Virus record (IMG/VR): IMGVR_UViG_3300017766_001899
Coordinates: 1-26,157 of that record
DNA: 26,157 nucleotides
Source of the DNA: a virus
Taxonomy: Duplodnaviria > Caudoviricetes
Direction: 5' to 3' (one strand)
Below the pieces are notes generated by a model that worked only from the letters and a program-made list of their open reading frames with translations, had not been told where the DNA came from and did not search any database. A program made the position numbers and the translations under genes. Below are positions 23,619 through 26,157 of this stretch, one piece after another; the first letter of the stretch is position 1; each line of letters starts with the position of its first letter.

Positions 23619-24778
23619 TGGCTGGGTTTAGCTCCCTCGATTCGCTAGTTAGCAACGTCTCCAACTCGGGGAAGTTCTACCGGGCTGACTGGAACAAGAA
23701 CCACGCGACGGGTGGAACGGTTGTTGCGGGAACGTGGCAATCGCTTGCGGGCGGGGCGGGCAATCCACCGGCCAACACGGCGTTTGGTTCGGGCGTCACG
23801 CTTGTCCAGAAGCCGCTGTATGACATCGGCACGACCCATGGCGGCATTCAGCACGGCGGCAACATCGGCGCAGCGGGCGACGGCTACAAGGTTCTGCTCA
23901 ACGCCAGCGCATTCACGGCGGCGGCGACGACCGTGCCCTGCGTGCTTCAACTTGTGGACCTGCTCAGCTACGCGACGCTGACCAACGCGACGATTTCATC
24001 GGCGGGCACAAAGACGCTGGTGAACACGGAAGCCGTGACGTTCACGTCTTCATCCGGCCTGCTCATGACCACGGTGGCGGATTACGACACCTACACGCCG
24101 TGCAGCTTCACTACGGCTGGTGTCCTTCCTACGGGCATTGTGGCGGGCACGATCTACTGGACGATCCGCGTCACGGCCACGACCTCACGCCTTGCAACGT
24201 CGCTGGTCAACGCGGTTGCGGGTACGGCCATTGCGTTCACGGATGCGGGCACGCCGGTCAACACATTTACCGCGCGCCTGCCGCGCTACTCGGACGGCGC
24301 AGGCGTTCAGGCATATCTGACGGCATCGACCGCAGGAACGGCGGGCACGGGAACGTTCCAGCTCACCTACACGAACAGCGCAGGCACGGCCTCGCGTGTG
24401 ACCCCAACCTCGCCAGCCCTGCCCACCAACACGGCGGTTGCTCCCTTGCTGACGGTTCCCTACAGCGGCACAGGCTCGGGCAAGTTCGGCCCGTTCATCC
24501 CGCTCGCTGCCGGGGACTCTGGCATCCGCACATGCCAGAATATCATCCTCGGCACGGCGGGCGTGACCACGGGCGTTTATAACCTCGTGTTCGCCAAGCC
24601 GCTCCTGTCGCTCCCGATCACCACTCTGGGCGTGGCCTCAGAGCGCGATCTGGTGAACCAGCTTCCGTCCATGCCGCGTGTCTATGACGGCGCGTGTCTG
24701 GCGTGGATGATCTACGCGGGCTCGGCCATCCCGAACAACTCCAGCTTCTTCGGCCATCTGGACCTCGGCTGGAGCTGA
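23618..24778 (+). CDS. Putative virion structural protein (paralog of the previous gene, with inserted domain)
   Basis: LVDLL, LPRYSDGAGV, YTNSAG, GPFIPLAAGDSGIRT, FAKPL, plus an ~80-aa insert (GVLPTGIVAGTIYW). Confidence 0.75.
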   Translation: MAGFSSLDSLVSNVSNSGKFYRADWNKNHATGGTVVAGTWQSLAGGAGNPPANTAFGSGVTLVQKPLYDIGTTHGGIQHGGNIGAAGDGYKVLLNASAFTAAATTVPCVLQLVDLLSYATLTNATISSAGTKTLVNTEAVTFTSSSGLLMTTVADYDTYTPCSFTTAGVLPTGIVAGTIYWTIRVTATTSRLATSLVNAVAGTAIAFTDAGTPVNTFTARLPRYSDGAGVQAYLTASTAGTAGTGTFQLTYTNSAGTASRVTPTSPALPTNTAVAPLLTVPYSGTGSGKFGPFIPLAAGDSGIRTCQNIILGTAGVTTGVYNLVFAKPLLSLPITTLGVASERDLVNQLPSMPRVYDGACLAWMIYAGSAIPNNSSFFGHLDLGWS

Positions 24779-24779
24779 C

Positions 24780-25586
24780 ATGCTCTGGGGCAACTACAGC
24801 GTCCTCAATAAAGGGCCGGGCCGCTGGCTAGGCGGCACATCGACGGCGCACGCTTCTGGCGTTGGATCAGCGCAGGTCAACACCCGCGCCAACTGGGGCA
24901 AGACCGGCGCGAGGCGTAACTTCGCCATCACGGAGTATTCGACCGACGCTTACGAGCTTGCGTCCATGCCGGGAGGTTATGGCGCACGCGGCTGGCTCAT
25001 GCCGATCACGGCGGGAGGGATATCTGCCCACTCGACGGCCAACGGGCTTGCGGCGTTCTCGGGCTCGATTGCTGAAGGCCGGAACCTCGCAGCCACATTC
25101 GCAGGTGTCGCAGCCTTCACCGGCACGGGCCAGCTTGTCGTCTCGGGCTCGGGCTCGTTCGCAGGCGTTGCGGTCTTTGACGGCAACATCATCGCGGCGC
25201 TCGCAGCGTCAGGAACATTCGCAGGCGTTGCGGACTTCGCTGGTACGGTACTCGCCAAGGGCAACATAGCGGCCTCGTTCACAGGCGTCGCAAGCTTCGA
25301 GGCGATCCGGTACGCGACGGGGTCCATGTCGGGCAGCTTTGCGCCGCCAGTGACGCTGGAAGCTCAGGGCTTCAGTGCCTACCTGCTGGACACGGAGATT
25401 GTAGAGACGGGCCTCACACTGAGGCAGGCGCTGCGTCTGGTGACAGCGGCGACGGCAGGCAAGATCAGCGGCGGCGGCACGGCGACCATCACGATCAGGA
25501 ACGCGGTCGCGGATGGTGTGGATAGGATTGTCGCAAGCGTCACGTCTGATGGGGATCGGACGGCCATAACTTACGACCTCGACTGA
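24780..25586 (+). CDS. Gly/Ala-rich repeat protein, putative fibre shaft
   Basis: Five 20-aa repeats (FAGVAxF) and C-terminal LTLRQALRL...AGKISG...DRI module. Confidence 0.75.
   Translation: MLWGNYSVLNKGPGRWLGGTSTAHASGVGSAQVNTRANWGKTGARRNFAITEYSTDAYELASMPGGYGARGWLMPITAGGISAHSTANGLAAFSGSIAEGRNLAATFAGVAAFTGTGQLVVSGSGSFAGVAVFDGNIIAALAASGTFAGVADFAGTVLAKGNIAASFTGVASFEAIRYATGSMSGSFAPPVTLEAQGFSAYLLDTEIVETGLTLRQALRLVTAATAGKISGGGTATITIRNAVADGVDRIVASVTSDGDRTAITYDLD
25038..25337 (+). repeat. Degenerate 60-bp coding tandem repeat (5 units)
   Basis: TTC(G/A)CAGG(C/T)GT at 25098, 25158, 25218 and 25278, exactly 60 bp apart. Confidence 0.8.
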
Positions 25587-26157
25587 TGGCTAACTTCTTC
25601 TCAGCCGACTACTGGAAGGCGTTCTACTTCAAGGCGATGGGTGGGCAGGAAACTGCCGTTGATCCCAACGCCATGCGGGGCGTGTTCGCGGGCTCATCCT
25701 CATGGACGGGCACGCTGGACCTCCCGGCGGGCGCGATATCGGGAAGCTTCTCGGGGCTGAGCGATTTTGTGGGCGCGCTGACCTACACCGGCACTGCCGA
25801 GACACAGACACGGCGGCGTGGCGGCAAGGACGATGGCCGCAGCTTGTTCAGGCGGAAACGTCGCGCCTATGTGGAGTTCACAGACAAGCGCCTGGAGGAG
25901 ATCAGGCGGCGCGAGCGGGAACTCTATGACGACCTGCTGGATGAGCCGCCCGAAGTCGCGGCGGCCGTTCAGGAGGCCCTGCCGCCTCCGCTGCCGATAG
26001 CCGAGCGCAAAAGCTTGCCGCCTGCGGTTGAGTATGACCGGGTCATGGCGCTGATGAATGCCAGCCTGAGCGCGCTGAGCGAGAACGCGACACGGCTTGC
26101 CAACGAACAGCTTCGCAAGCAGGCCAAGGCCGCCAAGGTTGAACTGCCCTCGAAGGA
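25586..26157 (+). CDS. Hypothetical virion-associated protein (runs off window end)
   Basis: Manual translation from ATG 25586 (TGATG overlap): MANFFSADYWKAFYFKAMGG...RRRGGKDDGRSLFRRKRR..., open to the end of the window. Confidence 0.75.
   Translation, partial: MANFFSADYWKAFYFKAMGGQETAVDPNAMRGVFAGSSSWTGTLDLPAGAISGSFSGLSDFVGALTYTGTAETQTRRRGGKDDGRSLFRRKRRAYVEFTDKRLEEIRRRERELYDDLLDEPPEVAAAVQEALPPPLPIAERKSLPPAVEYDRVMALMNASLSALSENATRLANEQLRKQAKAAKVELPSK

Larger units (their letters stand above)
1..26157. mobile_element. Temperate phage/prophage segment (early left arm, immunity region, replication, packaging and start of virion genes)
   Basis: Lambdoid gene order with divergent repressor/cro, recombination genes, replication initiator, terminase subunits and portal. 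Genes are tightly coupled by ATGA/TGATG overlaps and no host housekeeping genes are present. Confidence 0.97.

Noticed and set aside
25038-25337. 60-bp periodic repeat as a possible CRISPR array or DGR template/variable repeat
   Set aside because: The repeats are degenerate, in frame and conserved at protein level. There are no cas or reverse transcriptase genes and no adenine-specific mismatch pair in the window.

Overview
The whole window is a contiguous section of a GC-rich temperate (lambdoid-organised) phage or prophage, most likely of an alphaproteobacterium (GTTC-N7-GTTC SOS box, CtrA-like DNA-binding protein). Bases 1-6004 are the leftward early operon: an excisionase-like/GIY-YIG fusion cut by the window edge, HNH, NinB, a RecT-like annealase, an Ea22-like protein and many small ORFs. 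Bases 6049-7809 are the genetic switch: five 16-bp operators, divergent promoters, a short XRE repressor with no autoprotease domain, a cro-like gene, an HNH gene inside the immunity region and a small leftward gene behind a LexA box (candidate antirepressor). Bases ~7860-8340 are a structured non-coding region with a degenerate tRNA-like element. Bases 8344-13504 are the rightward early/replication operon: DNA methyltransferase, DUF1376-type initiator, DnaA-domain-IV-like and CtrA/OmpR-like DNA-binding proteins and a putative late regulator. Bases 13622-26157 are late genes: a virion-accessory cassette containing a beta-helix lipoprotein, P22 gp3-like TerS, TerL, a P22-like portal, then a fibre/appendage cassette where scaffold and coat genes would normally follow. 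All family assignments come from motif recognition by eye; no database searches were run.
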